This document shows, piece after piece, positions 31,101-40,244 of a stretch of 62,857 nt of DNA. The stretch is from Candidatus Nanohalobium sp. (GTDB lineage: Archaea; Nanohalarchaeota; Nanosalinia; Nanosalinales; Nanosalinaceae). Below the pieces are notes generated by a model. It was not told the origin of the DNA. It did not search any database and saw only the letters and a list, made by a program, of their open reading frames with translations. The translations under genes and the position numbers were made by a program. Location of the stretch: assembly GCA_042217555.1 (NCBI GenBank), contig JBDGSL010000011.1, forward strand, positions 1 through 62,857, read 5' to 3'. The number at the start of each line of letters is the position of its first letter. Position 1 is the first letter of the stretch.

Positions 31101-31546
31101 GTGCTACCATCAGACATCAAAACATCTGTATCAGGAGTCACACACTTACCGGCGCCTGTCTGTGCTAACACTGCAAAGTGTTTGTAGAAGTCTTCCGGGT
31201 CGACATGGATGTCTATCTCCGGGTTTGTTTCCAGGTTTCCGATAGTCAGGCCTTCATCGTCCAGACCGAGAGTCTCAGAAATAAGTTCCTGGTCTGCCTG
31301 GTAGACGATGCTATCCGGTTCTATTACTCTTCTCGGCGCTTTTGTCAGTCCTTTGTCCCTGTATCCTATTATACTTGCTTTTGCGTATGTTTCTCCACTT
31401 GACTTTTTTGTCACTTCCTCTACCTGGGCGAGAATCCATTCTTCGTTGCTTTTTACTGATACAAAGTCGAATTTCTTTACTTCTTCCGTTGCACGGAACT
31501 TGAAGCTAGAAGTATCGACGTCTCCCTCTATGGTTCCTACCTGCAT
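28133..31546 (-). CDS. HerA/DUF87-family ATPase with intein
   Basis: HAS-barrel N-terminus, HFAVLAQTGAGK|SY, DPHGEY, EEAHNF, EGRKFG, SQRPA; start may be 31567 or 31573. Confidence 0.9.
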   Translation of the reverse strand: MQVGTIEGDVDTSSFKFRATEEVKKFDFVSVKSNEEWILAQVEEVTKKSSGETYAKASIIGYRDKGLTKAPRRVIEPDSIVYQADQELISETLGLDDEGLTIGNLETNPEIDIHVDPEDFYKHFAVLAQTGAGKCVTPDTDVLMSDGSTVPIKEVFDSSDQVVKEDDEEELRILNYCSVKALDDNYSFTDADAIYAYRKKADKVLKVKTASGREIEVTSEHPLMVAEEDYSFVNSEEIEEGQHIAVPREISSNPDESLELSEGLRSRAGEESERREDLQEQYDKFSELEEEGKSISMMEEELKVSRSTIENWKYQGYVPDEDSGLALSMNAKGIQVPGMFSPELAQFLSLVIAEGTEQQAEGSYRIIFTNDDNRLMQRFETLSEELFGLETRSMSENAEYIDSTSLKHLLEDMGYETLQRSRKKEVPDIVMRSSEKSKKKFLRTFYDCEGCMEDHEITLSSASKEVINSLSYLLLDFGIVSRISSKEKRATNSDHEGDTYYRLAISGVDQMQKFAEKIGFGIERKQEKLEKYIREKDGNTNSDVVPLDGEYLKKERNKVGVSQRELAEEIDSHSTLVSLYERDERRPSREKFSAMAKELDSQLFSDLAESDLYWDKIVSIEEKDYSGYVYDLTVREHHNFVAGTGGIVSHNSYLTGVIIEELLEDDFPVLIMDPHGEYSSLQYTNPENDEEQQSYKVKEFSPNTDINQDALPLRFSSLNLGKKELMTLIPDSLTNSQMGVLYNALKRLKEKDEDYSLVDIEDAVSQEDSTAKWNLLNYLEQLEESGLFSTNPIDLEDLVEPGRATIINLKAVEPDTTEMTAYMLAKKLFDLRKENRIPPFLMIMEEAHNFVPEKGFGQTLSNDIMRKIASEGRKFGLGIGVISQRPARIDKNVLSQCNTQFILRVTNPNDIKAISKSFEGINAEVESMIKSLPPGVCFALGNEYPVMTEVRTRKSKHGGETQTGDNYQEKEKIKFFEPRRELADVESEYGEKFNRSYYPFYLVEDLNEKKLVDGVKDQVKAERKTVSGLTEKVFKRLKQGKDKQEIVDELDVGISKVASKIEELQKKDLLDGTEVVESLFNLEMGEDNVNKDELIDREVSREQVEEQFPDSEVSLVYYPYYSSGETVYDPILEKEVE
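29594..31144 (-). mobile_element. 517-aa intein with LAGLIDADG endonuclease, inserted in Walker A
   Basis: GAGK/CVTPDT ... VYDLTV..HNFVA..IVSHN/S; LSLVIAEG and LRTFYDCEG motifs. Confidence 0.95.
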
Positions 31547-31630
31547 ACCCAGATTTTCTGAAGTCATATTCATAAATTCCCGTTCGTCTTCTAGGATGGA
31601 TTTAAGAAGGTAGAGGAGGAACCGGTTTAC

Positions 31631-32080
31631 ATGGAGTTTGAGTATCTGAACAGTCTGGAAGGCCTGCAGGAAGACATCTTCTACCTTGGAGTCATAGCAG
31701 TTATAGTAGTCTTTACCGGCGCCTTCCACAACCTTATAACACCTGACAGCTCTGTCAGGGTCGGATACGTAGAGGTAGAGACAGAATGTACAGGTATAGA
31801 CGCAGGGATATGTCTCGGTATACAGAGACAGGACCACACCACGTACAACTACGACAACTACACAGAAGTCGAGGAAGGAACCGAAAACTTCTACAGAAGA
31901 GTTGAAGCCGAGTTAATGGCCCAGGCCTACAACATCTGCAACACAGACATGAGCGGGATGGAGTGGACGGACCAGGCAGAGTACAGGAATCAGACAGGGA
32001 CAGAATGGCTGGAAAACAAGAACGTTGAGCTTCTTCCATGCGAGAGGACGTTTTACAGGAGCATCAACGCAACAGAGTGA
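31631..32080 (+). CDS. Hypothetical membrane-anchored protein
   Basis: One TM, four Cys, acidic. Confidence 0.7.
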   Translation: MEFEYLNSLEGLQEDIFYLGVIAVIVVFTGAFHNLITPDSSVRVGYVEVETECTGIDAGICLGIQRQDHTTYNYDNYTEVEEGTENFYRRVEAELMAQAYNICNTDMSGMEWTDQAEYRNQTGTEWLENKNVELLPCERTFYRSINATE

Positions 32081-32140
32081 TTTACTCTACGCGGCGAGCA
32101 CTAACAACCATATTTGAATTTCTGTCCGAAGAAGAAGCTA

Positions 32141-32499
32141 GTCAACTACCACAACCTAAATCATAAGATGATTGAGGATAGTGGCTTGTTTAAAGGTTGA
32201 ACCAAACCATTCAGAGACAATTTAATTACCAGTCGATTCGGAAAACTTGGGAACAGAACTTATTCCCAGAGGTTCTCGCTCATCTAATCGCTGATTTCAC
32301 GGTATGTTGACCGATACCGTTCTGCTGAAAGAATACAGCGTGGTTCGTTTATAGCTGTATCAGTCTTTACAGACTTGCTTTTGCCTTCAGCAGAGAGGTT
32401 TAAGTCTTCAAACACGGTAGCGTCCCATCGGAAAAGCCGTTCTCACACCCTTTGGATGTGTGCCTTAAAACCGACAGCTTACCTCTCAGACCTATTGAC
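32141..32499 (-). mobile_element. Probable non-autonomous IS200/IS605-family element (right-end/omegaRNA-like)
   Basis: Minus strand ends CAAGCCACTATCCTCAA..TTTAGGTTGTGGTAGTTGAC, resembling IS605/IS1341-type right-end hairpins; bounded by GTCAA/TTGAC; several internal stems; no ORF. Confidence 0.55.
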
Positions 32500-32724
32500 T
32501 CTACAAAAACTATATTCAAAAAATTAAAAGCCTGTTTCCTCTCACTACCTTAAATCACAAATTTGAGGAAGGAGTCTCCACAGGTGAAAAAAGATGAAAT
32601 AGCTGAGGAGATGGAGAAAGTAAGAGATGAGATAGAATCCGAGATTCAGTCCAAAACCGGACAGGTTTAAAAACAAGTTAAAAATCTTGGGCTCTCAACC
32701 GGTTTTAAGAGGTGTATTTAAACA

Positions 32725-33210
32725 ATGAGCGAACACGTTGAACGCACTTTTGTCGCACTGAAACCGGACGCTGTTAAAAGAGGACTGGTTGGCGAGATCA
32801 CTTCCCGTTTCGAGGACGCAGGATTCAAAATCATGGGACTGAAGATGGTTCAGGCAACCGACCAGCTGCTCGAACAGCACTACGAGGAGCATGTCGACAA
32901 GCCTTTCTACGACGGTCTTGCAGAGTACATGAAATCAGGGCCTGTCGTCGCCATGGTACTGGAAGGAGTTCATGCTGCGGAAAACCTGCGGAAGATCGTG
33001 GGGGATACGGACGCTTCCAAGGCTCATCCAGCAACCATTAGAGGACAGTACAGCCACATGTCGATGGAGCACGCCGACGACGCAGGAAGGCTGTACAAGA
33101 ACCTGGTCCATGCTTCCGAACCGGGAGAAGCAGAGGAAGAGATCGAGATCTGGTTCAGCGAGGACGAGCTTCACGACTACAAGCACAGCCAGGAAGAACA
33201 CGTAAGGTAG
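32725..33210 (+). CDS. ndk: Nucleoside diphosphate kinase
   Basis: ERTFVALKPDAV, HY.EH..KPF, TIRG, NLVHAS. Confidence 0.96.
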   Translation: MSEHVERTFVALKPDAVKRGLVGEITSRFEDAGFKIMGLKMVQATDQLLEQHYEEHVDKPFYDGLAEYMKSGPVVAMVLEGVHAAENLRKIVGDTDASKAHPATIRGQYSHMSMEHADDAGRLYKNLVHASEPGEAEEEIEIWFSEDELHDYKHSQEEHVR

Positions 33211-33272
33211 TGTACAAACGGAGGAGTTTCCGGTCAAAAGGGATAAAACCCCTTCTTTCCAATTTACTTTCT

Positions 33273-33521
33273 ATGAAAAAGCTCTACAGAAGTGAGTCCG
33301 ACAGGATGCTCGGAGGAGTATGCGGCGGAATAGCAGAAGTCTACGACCTCGACCCTACAATTGTCCGGCTGCTAACACTTGTACTGGTTCTCAGTGCCGG
33401 TTCCGGCCTGCTGATCTACCTGGCTGCATGGCTGATAATCCCATCCGAAAGCGAAGTAAAGGAAAAACAGAAAGTAAAGGACGTCGAGGCAGAGAAAGTA
33501 GAAGACGAAGAGGAGGGGTAA
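33273..33521 (+). CDS. PspC-domain protein
   Basis: KKLYRS..DRMLGGVCGGIAE, YLAAWLIIP. Confidence 0.92.
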   Translation: MKKLYRSESDRMLGGVCGGIAEVYDLDPTIVRLLTLVLVLSAGSGLLIYLAAWLIIPSESEVKEKQKVKDVEAEKVEDEEEG

Positions 33522-33671
33522 AATAAGGGCCTCAGCATTTAAAATAGGAACTTCCTATTAACTCTTCTCTCGGAAGTTCCATGCTACAGAGTTCTCCATC
33601 TCTCTCGGAAAAAGATAAAGCTGATTCAAGAAGCATTCGGCCGGATGCTTTCGTTCACATCCTCTCTATTT

Positions 33672-35318
33672 CTATTTTTTGAGTTCTCTGTTTACCTTTT
33701 CTAGGTCGAGCTCAAATCCTGCGGTCGGCTTTTCCAAGCTCCATTTTTCCAGTACCTCTTCCGAGAACTGTCCGATGAAACCTATCTCCTCACCGTCAAC
33801 CAGTACTTTGCCCGAACGTGCCTCCTGGAAGAACTCTTCCTGTCCTTCCCTCACCTCGAGTTCAATGCCTAAATCTCTTTCCAGCACCTGCAACATTTCT
33901 CTAGCATCTGTGAAGTCTGTTTCATCTCCTATCTGTATGTAAGCTGCCTTCTTTTTGTTTGAAGCTCCTGTATACGACTCATCCAGATTCGCTACGTTAC
34001 CTGTCTCAAAGAATTTCTGAGGGTAGGCTCTGTGCTTGTTCTGTTTCAGTACTTCAAGTAGTGACGGCGTCACAAGGTCTCTTAGTGCGGAGTATTCTTG
34101 AGAGAGCGGGTTACCGATCTTAACGAACTCCTCAGTTTCTCTACCTATCTTTTCCGTCAAGTTCTCCCTGTTATCGTGGACGTAGGTCATTGCTTCTAGG
34201 GCCCCTGCTCCCGCCATTATATCACGTACTACCTGAGATGTGTCTTCTATCTCTTTCTGTTCTCCTATCTGATCGACTTCGGGCAGTTCTGGATCTATGT
34301 TGGTGTAGCGATGGGCGATTATCACATCCTCTATGATGTCATATTGATGCATGACATCTGTCCTGTAACATGGTACCTTCACTTTGATCTTCTTTCCTCC
34401 TGTCGCATGGTACTTCATCATCTTGAGCCTGTGGATGATTTCTGACTCTTTGAGGTCTAAACCCGATATATCTCGGAAGTATTCAGGGTCTAGCTCCATC
34501 ACTTCAGGAGTCAGGTCAGGTAGAGTTTCTCCATCCACAGTTACTGACTCGATATCTCCTCCTCTCTCCGCCAACGCTGTGGTCAGTATGTTCAGTGCTT
34601 TGAGAACAGTTTCCTTGTCTTTCCCTGTCACGTCAATGAATATGTCTTCTGTACCTGAGTAGACTTCTGTTAGCTGGTTGTTGATTATTGGCGGGAAGCT
34701 AAGTACTCTGCCATCTTTATCCTCTATTATAGGATATCGATCTTCATCTTCCAGTATCCATGCGTACTCCTGGCCTTTCTCGTGCTCGTCCAGTATCTCG
34801 CCCAGCTGCATCTGTTTATCGTATTCAAGAGGCTTGAATGACACCTGTTCAGGCTTTACAGCTCTGTATGTGAACGGCGGTTCTACAGTAGAGAGGTCGT
34901 GAAGTCCTATAGCCAGTTTATCCCTCTTTCTGCCCATTGTTTCATGCATCTTCTCCTGCAGCTGGATTAAACCGTTGAGTACTTTCTCATTGATCTCCAG
35001 GTTCCTGACTACTGCTCCTCCTATATGTGGACGAACTTCTTCCACAGAATTATCAACCTCTACCTCGATATCGCCTTTTTCTACATCGTATTCTGTTCTT
35101 CCTTTCTCTATGTCGAAGAAACCTCTGTAGGCCCGGGCTAATCCTTCAACAGATAAAAGATCCGGCCTGTTAGGATATGTCTCTACTTCACAGACGTTGC
35201 CGTCGATGCGGTGCCAGTGGGCGCCGAGGAAAGATGCCTCTTCGATTAATTTTTCATCATCAAAATCTGTCCTGGTTAGTTCTACGAACTCTCTTTTATC
35301 TACCTCGATATTTGGCAT
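33672..35318 (-). CDS. pheT: Phenylalanine--tRNA ligase beta subunit
   Basis: NRPDLLSVEGLAR, AIGLHD, SFPPIIN, YRTDVMH..DIIED. Confidence 0.95.
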   Translation of the reverse strand: MPNIEVDKREFVELTRTDFDDEKLIEEASFLGAHWHRIDGNVCEVETYPNRPDLLSVEGLARAYRGFFDIEKGRTEYDVEKGDIEVEVDNSVEEVRPHIGGAVVRNLEINEKVLNGLIQLQEKMHETMGRKRDKLAIGLHDLSTVEPPFTYRAVKPEQVSFKPLEYDKQMQLGEILDEHEKGQEYAWILEDEDRYPIIEDKDGRVLSFPPIINNQLTEVYSGTEDIFIDVTGKDKETVLKALNILTTALAERGGDIESVTVDGETLPDLTPEVMELDPEYFRDISGLDLKESEIIHRLKMMKYHATGGKKIKVKVPCYRTDVMHQYDIIEDVIIAHRYTNIDPELPEVDQIGEQKEIEDTSQVVRDIMAGAGALEAMTYVHDNRENLTEKIGRETEEFVKIGNPLSQEYSALRDLVTPSLLEVLKQNKHRAYPQKFFETGNVANLDESYTGASNKKKAAYIQIGDETDFTDAREMLQVLERDLGIELEVREGQEEFFQEARSGKVLVDGEEIGFIGQFSEEVLEKWSLEKPTAGFELDLEKVNRELKK

Positions 35319-35366
35319 TACTGAATCACCTGTGTTTCAGTTTGAGAAAATCTTCGCATTTTCGAT

Positions 35367-36752
35367 TTACCTCTTCCAGTCCGGCCTCCAGACCGGTGTC
35401 TGGTTTATGATTTCGATGTCGTTCCTGTAAAGCTCCCGGATATCTGTTAGGCCTGCAGCCATAAACGCAATTCTCGGAATCCCAAGACCCCAGGCCAGTA
35501 CTCTGGCTTCGAAGCCCAGCATGGGTTTGACGACTTCAGGGCGGAACATTCCTGCGCCTCCCATTCCAAGCCATTCCTCCTCTTCTTCGTCCCAGACCTG
35601 AACTTCTACACTCATCTCGGTGTACGGATAATAAGATGGAATCAGTCTGAACTTGTCATAGCCCATCTTCTCAAAGAACTTGCTGATATATCCTTTCAGG
35701 TTCGCAAAGTTCAGGTCTTTTCCTACCACTATCCCATCTGTCTGATAGAACTCTGCCAGATGTGTCCTGTCGACTGTTTCGTTCCTGAAGTTCCTGCCGA
35801 CGATGAAAAGCTTTTTCGGAAGTTCTTCCTCGTTTATGTCCATCTCGTGGAGCCTTCTGGCCGAGATAGCTGTAGTATGAGTCCTGACTACGTTCTTTGA
35901 TGCCTCTTCTTTGCTCCAGTCCCCGCCGTATCCTTTGCTACCGGTTTCCCATCCGTCTTCATGGGTTTGCTTGATGTGATCTACTTTGTCTCCGTATTCT
36001 GAGAGATCTGCTGTCTCCGGTTTTTGCACGAAGAATGTGTCATGTAGTTCTCTTGCTGGGTGATCCTGGGGAGTGTAAAGTGCGTCGAAATTGAGAAGGC
36101 TTGGGACTACATAGTCGCCTTCCATCTCCTCGAATCCCATCTCCATCCATGCGTGCCGTGCAAAGTTCAGGATCTCCTTATAGTAATGTTTTTTACCTGT
36201 CCTCGGAGTCTCGGCTCGAGCTTCGACGTTGAAGTCTTCTTCTATCTCTTCTGCGTCGATGTTTCTTCCTTTTTCTGTGGGTTTGATGGTCTTTTTTGTT
36301 TCGGTTTCTGCTTCTGTCAGTCCTCTATTTTCAAGTTCTGTGTCGAAGTTCTCGGCTTTCAGCTTCTGTTTGACTTCGTCTGTGTCAAGTTTGCTTCCTT
36401 TATCCGTTAGTTTGGCCTGTCCGTCTCTTATCTGTATCAGATTTTTTTCCTTTGCTTTTCCTATGCCTACGTGGCTGCCTATCTCTGATACTGGTTTAAG
36501 GCCGGATTCAAGTTCTTTTACCACGTTGAATTCAGGTGAGCCTTGCTTGATGACTTCTTCTCCTTTCTCTGTTATCTTCTGCTTTACTTCCTCCTCTTCC
36601 TCCATTTCTGCCAGGCCTTCCTCTTCAAGTTCGAGAAATGCTCTGTTGACCATCGACTGGTCGAATCCTTCCTCCTCGAACTCTTCGACCTTCATCTCCT
36701 GGTTTTCCTGGAGGAGTTCAAGTACTTGTTTGGCCTGGCCTGAGAGTTTCAC
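35367..36752 (-). CDS. pheS: Phenylalanine--tRNA ligase alpha subunit
   Basis: NFDALYTPQDHPARELHDTF, RTHTT, FRNETVDRTH, GMFRPE. Confidence 0.96.
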   Translation of the reverse strand: MKLSGQAKQVLELLQENQEMKVEEFEEEGFDQSMVNRAFLELEEEGLAEMEEEEEVKQKITEKGEEVIKQGSPEFNVVKELESGLKPVSEIGSHVGIGKAKEKNLIQIRDGQAKLTDKGSKLDTDEVKQKLKAENFDTELENRGLTEAETETKKTIKPTEKGRNIDAEEIEEDFNVEARAETPRTGKKHYYKEILNFARHAWMEMGFEEMEGDYVVPSLLNFDALYTPQDHPARELHDTFFVQKPETADLSEYGDKVDHIKQTHEDGWETGSKGYGGDWSKEEASKNVVRTHTTAISARRLHEMDINEEELPKKLFIVGRNFRNETVDRTHLAEFYQTDGIVVGKDLNFANLKGYISKFFEKMGYDKFRLIPSYYPYTEMSVEVQVWDEEEEEWLGMGGAGMFRPEVVKPMLGFEARVLAWGLGIPRIAFMAAGLTDIRELYRNDIEIINQTPVWRPDWKR

Positions 36753-36783
36753 AGTTCCTTGGTGCCGGAAGGAATCTTAAATA

Positions 36784-37575
36784 TCATTCCCGTGCTTTTC
36801 TCTCCTGGTCGAGAAGTACGTATCCGATTGAGAGTATGCCTGTCAAACCTGTGAGAGAGGCCGTTATGAAACCTGTTTCCAGTCCTGCACCGGCCAGTAC
36901 TGCGGATAGACCTAAAGCAGCTAAGAGTATGTAACGAGTCCATATCTGTTTTTTGAAGTGTTTCCTGTATGCGGCTGCGGAGATAAGCGAACCTGTGATA
37001 CCTGCCAGTATGAAACCTGTCATCTCAAGGGCTGCGTGAGGGAAGTAGAAGAGCGGTGCAGCTTTGTTCAGGCCCTGTAACTCCATCACAAGCTCTGCGA
37101 AGAACTTTCCCATGACTGAGGCGTTCCAGACCAGGATGAACGCTCCTGCCGATCCGAAGATAGCTGAAACTGCCAGTATACCGGTGAAGACAAGCAAGTT
37201 GTTGAATAAGATCTCCAGAAACAATCCGTGTGCAACTGCATGGCCTGAAAGACCTGCGACCTGTGACTGTAGTGAAAGCGACTCAGGATACACCAGCGAC
37301 AAAGCAGTAAATCCGAATACCTGTCCGGTGAAAAGAGCTCCGTAAAGCGATATCTCTTCTATGTATGAAGGTTCTTCTTTCTCATCTTCCAGGAACTTGG
37401 CTGTTAACGGATATATTAGAGGCAGAGATGCGAAAACTACTGAGAGAACATTTGACTGATTCGGGAAAAGTGTTCTGGCAGCGAAAAAACCACCCACAGA
37501 AGCCAGCAAACCAAGTAAAAGTAGTACAGGATAGTCGTCGGTTCTCTCCTCTTTCAGTATAAGCTCCGGCAACAT
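36784..37575 (-). CDS. SpoIIM/DUF95-like membrane protein
   Basis: ILFNNL, WNA, PHAALE, LE motifs. Confidence 0.75.
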   Translation of the reverse strand: MLPELILKEERTDDYPVLLLLGLLASVGGFFAARTLFPNQSNVLSVVFASLPLIYPLTAKFLEDEKEEPSYIEEISLYGALFTGQVFGFTALSLVYPESLSLQSQVAGLSGHAVAHGLFLEILFNNLLVFTGILAVSAIFGSAGAFILVWNASVMGKFFAELVMELQGLNKAAPLFYFPHAALEMTGFILAGITGSLISAAAYRKHFKKQIWTRYILLAALGLSAVLAGAGLETGFITASLTGLTGILSIGYVLLDQERKARE

Positions 37576-37676
37576 GGTGAAGATTTTGGAAAAGCTGGTT
37601 TATAGTACTTCAACTCCTGGAAAAGACCACAGGCTTAGATGTTTTAAATCCAATACATGTTAATACGTGATCGCAG

Positions 37677-37982
37677 ATGGGGAGTACCTTAACCGCACGA
37701 GCGCCAGACGAGCTGAACGAGGCGCTTGACCAGATCAGCGAGGATGAGAAGTTAGACAAGAGTGCTATCGCCCGGAGACTAATTGAAAAGGCCGTAAAAG
37801 AATACAGAGTTGAGAAAGCACTTGAAAGATACAGTGACGGAGAACTGACTATGCGCTAGGCGGCGGAAGAGGCAGGCATGAACCTCTGGCAGTTCATCGA
37901 TAAGATAGGTGAGGAAGATGTGAAGCTGCGGTACTCCGAGGAAGATCTTGAAGAGGACATCCAGGCGGTAAGGGATGAGTGA
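37677..37982 (+). pseudogene. UPF0175-like antitoxin with internal TAG (37857-37859)
   Basis: Frame continues ..YSDGELTMR*AAEEAGMNLWQFI..YSEEDLEED and overlaps the downstream PIN gene. Confidence 0.8.
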
Positions 37983-38472
37983 AGCAGTTGTCGACTCTAC
38001 AGTACTGATATACCTTTCCAAAATCGGCAAACTGCAGCTTCTGAAAGAAGAATATGATTCAGTTCTGATACCTGAGGAAGTTCGGAGAGAAGTATTCGGA
38101 GAAGGCAAAGAGGATGATAGAGATGACGCTGTAGAAGTTGAAAAGATGATAGGAGAACTGATAGAAGTTGAAAAAACTGAAATCGAAAGAGAAATAGAGG
38201 CATACGGACTTGAGAAAGGTGAGAACGCCGTACTTTCCCTAGCACGCAGCAAGGAAATTGACAAAGTTCTGATAGATGAGAGTGCAGCAAGAAAACTGGA
38301 TCTGAAGCCCAGAGGAACACTACTTTTCCTTCTTTCCAAAACAAAGAGAGGTCAAACAGATCTGGATGGATTCCTGAAGATGATGGAAGAACTTTCAGAC
38401 GCAGGTTTTCACATAAGCGAAAAGATATACATGAAAGCAGTGAGAGAAGCAAAGAAGATGGCAGAGGAGTAA
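37975..38472 (+). CDS. DUF3368-type PIN-domain protein (putative toxin)
   Basis: VVDSTVLIYL, LEKGE..VL.LA, LIDE..AR, GTL. Confidence 0.85.
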   Translation: MSEAVVDSTVLIYLSKIGKLQLLKEEYDSVLIPEEVRREVFGEGKEDDRDDAVEVEKMIGELIEVEKTEIEREIEAYGLEKGENAVLSLARSKEIDKVLIDESAARKLDLKPRGTLLFLLSKTKRGQTDLDGFLKMMEELSDAGFHISEKIYMKAVREAKKMAEE

Positions 38473-39576
38473 TCAGATATCGAAGTCGAAGTTTTCCTCG
38501 ATGTACTGTTCGACTTCTTCCTCCGCTTCCTCACGCTTCTTTTGATGCTCAACCAGGAACTCCTCGATTTTCTCTTTCGCTATCTGCTTCAGTTCTCCGG
38601 AAAGCATCTCTCCTGAGGCGTACTCTCTTCTTATCCTCTCTAGCTCGTTATCGTCCTTGATCAGGTGGAATGCTAGAAGTTCGAAGACCATGTCCTCTTC
38701 TATGTCTGCTCCTTTTTCTCTGTGTTCTTCAAGCGAGTCCTGGCCTCCTGTCTTGGCCTGGTCGATCTTCTCTTTTGCTTCTTCCACTGAGTCGGTTAAT
38801 GCGATGTAGCTCTTAGGGTTGCTGCTAGACATCTTTCCTCCCTGCAGCCCTCTCATGAACTTGTTGTAAGTGCTCGCAGGCTTCATGAAATCCTGATCGC
38901 GGTATTTTCTGGCTACATCCCTGGTAAGCCTGATATGAGGATCCTGGTCCACTCCGACAGGCACTACCGTCGGTTTCGGGCCTCCGTTTTCAGGGAACTG
39001 AGGTCGGAGAATATCGGCGTACTGTACCTGTGCTGCTGACATCTTTCCAGGGTCTGCGCTGCCGTAGGTTGCTTCCATCTCGTTCTGGGTCAGGTAGCGT
39101 CCGAACATGGCAGCTCTGGCAAGATGGTCGTTTCCTGCCTCACTCTGGAAGTAGAAGTCAACGTCTTCTAGGTCTATTCCAAGAGCAACGTAGTTCTTCA
39201 GGTACTCCTCTACTACAAGTTCTCTGGCCTCCTCCAGGCTCATGTCTCGTGTGTTGTATGCCTCGATGTCTGCGGCTGCGATCGTTACCTGTGCACCCAT
39301 CTCCTGGTACATCTTTATCTGGTCGACAACACATTTGTGGCCGAAGTGGAAGACCCCTGACGGCATTATGCCTGTTATCATGGCGAAGTCTTCGTTTTCA
39401 TCTCTTGCATCAAGAAGTTCGTCAAGCCCTCTGTGTCCGAAGACTATTCCTCTCCGAATGAACCTGTGGTCAGGAAGCCTGTCCTGTATCTCCTCTATCG
39501 GCTCAATCCCAAACTTATCCATCTTTTCACTGTAGTTTCCAAGTTCAACATCGCCCCAAGGATCAATTTCTGGCAT
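38473..39576 (-). CDS. trpS: Tryptophan--tRNA ligase
   Basis: IDPWG, RRG, TG.MPSG..HFGH, DQDPH, KMSSS. Confidence 0.96.
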   Translation of the reverse strand: MPEIDPWGDVELGNYSEKMDKFGIEPIEEIQDRLPDHRFIRRGIVFGHRGLDELLDARDENEDFAMITGIMPSGVFHFGHKCVVDQIKMYQEMGAQVTIAAADIEAYNTRDMSLEEARELVVEEYLKNYVALGIDLEDVDFYFQSEAGNDHLARAAMFGRYLTQNEMEATYGSADPGKMSAAQVQYADILRPQFPENGGPKPTVVPVGVDQDPHIRLTRDVARKYRDQDFMKPASTYNKFMRGLQGGKMSSSNPKSYIALTDSVEEAKEKIDQAKTGGQDSLEEHREKGADIEEDMVFELLAFHLIKDDNELERIRREYASGEMLSGELKQIAKEKIEEFLVEHQKKREEAEEEVEQYIEENFDFDI

Positions 39577-39602
39577 GTTTATCGGTTCCTCGTATTTTCT
39601 TT

Positions 39603-40244
39603 TTATTCGGTTTGGTTGTGTTTCTGTGCTTTTTCCAGGAAGTTGGCTATCATATCCGGGCCGTATCTCTGGTTGCCGTCTTCACCTGAGCCGCCGGTCA
39701 GCAGGCTTTCAGGATGGAACTGCACTCCTTCTATTGGATAATCTTCGTGTCTCACTCCCATTACGATTTCTTCGCCGTCTTGCTGTGTGGAGGCTGTTTT
39801 TACAAGCTCTTCCGGAAGCTCCACTGCAACAAGAGAGTGGTATCTTCCGCCTCTGAGAGGGTTCTGTAGGTCTTCGTAGACTCCTTCTCCATCGTGATCT
39901 ATTTCAAAGGCTTTTCCGTGCACCGGTTCAGGTGCCTGGCCTATCTCCCCGCCGTATGCATGGACTGCGGCCTCCATACCCAGGCATACTCCTAGAGTAG
40001 GTATCTCTGGCGAAACCTCTCTCAGGATTTCGTTTGTCTCTCCTATGTCCTCTTCATTTGCTGGGTGTCCCGGCCCCGGGCTGAGTACGATCGCGTCGTA
40101 TCCTTCCTCCAAAATCTCTTCCACCGAGATCTGGTCATGGTACTCTACATCAGGTTTGCCATTAACGTAATCTCCGGCCGTTGCGATGTCATCGACTAAG
40201 TTATGCGTGAATGAATCGTAGTGGTCTACTACAAGCACGTCCAT
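39603..40244 (-). CDS. trpG: Anthranilate synthase component II
   Basis: DHYDSFTHNL, SPGPG, LGVCLG, RYHSL, QFHPES. Confidence 0.92.
   Translation of the reverse strand: MDVLVVDHYDSFTHNLVDDIATAGDYVNGKPDVEYHDQISVEEILEEGYDAIVLSPGPGHPANEEDIGETNEILREVSPEIPTLGVCLGMEAAVHAYGGEIGQAPEPVHGKAFEIDHDGEGVYEDLQNPLRGGRYHSLVAVELPEELVKTASTQQDGEEIVMGVRHEDYPIEGVQFHPESLLTGGSGEDGNQRYGPDMIANFLEKAQKHNQTE

Noticed and set aside
32141..32499. RNase P or SRP RNA as identity of the structured spacer
   Set aside because: No GAGGAAAGUCC/P4 pairing and no SRP helix-8 motif found
32560..32669. Short acidic reading frame ..KKDEIAEEMEKVRDEIESEIQSKTGQV
   Set aside because: No convincing start or family; at most a gene remnant
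33545..33580. Resemblance to the FRT site (ATAGGAACTTC)
   Set aside because: Only ~11 nt and the wrong arrangement; chance
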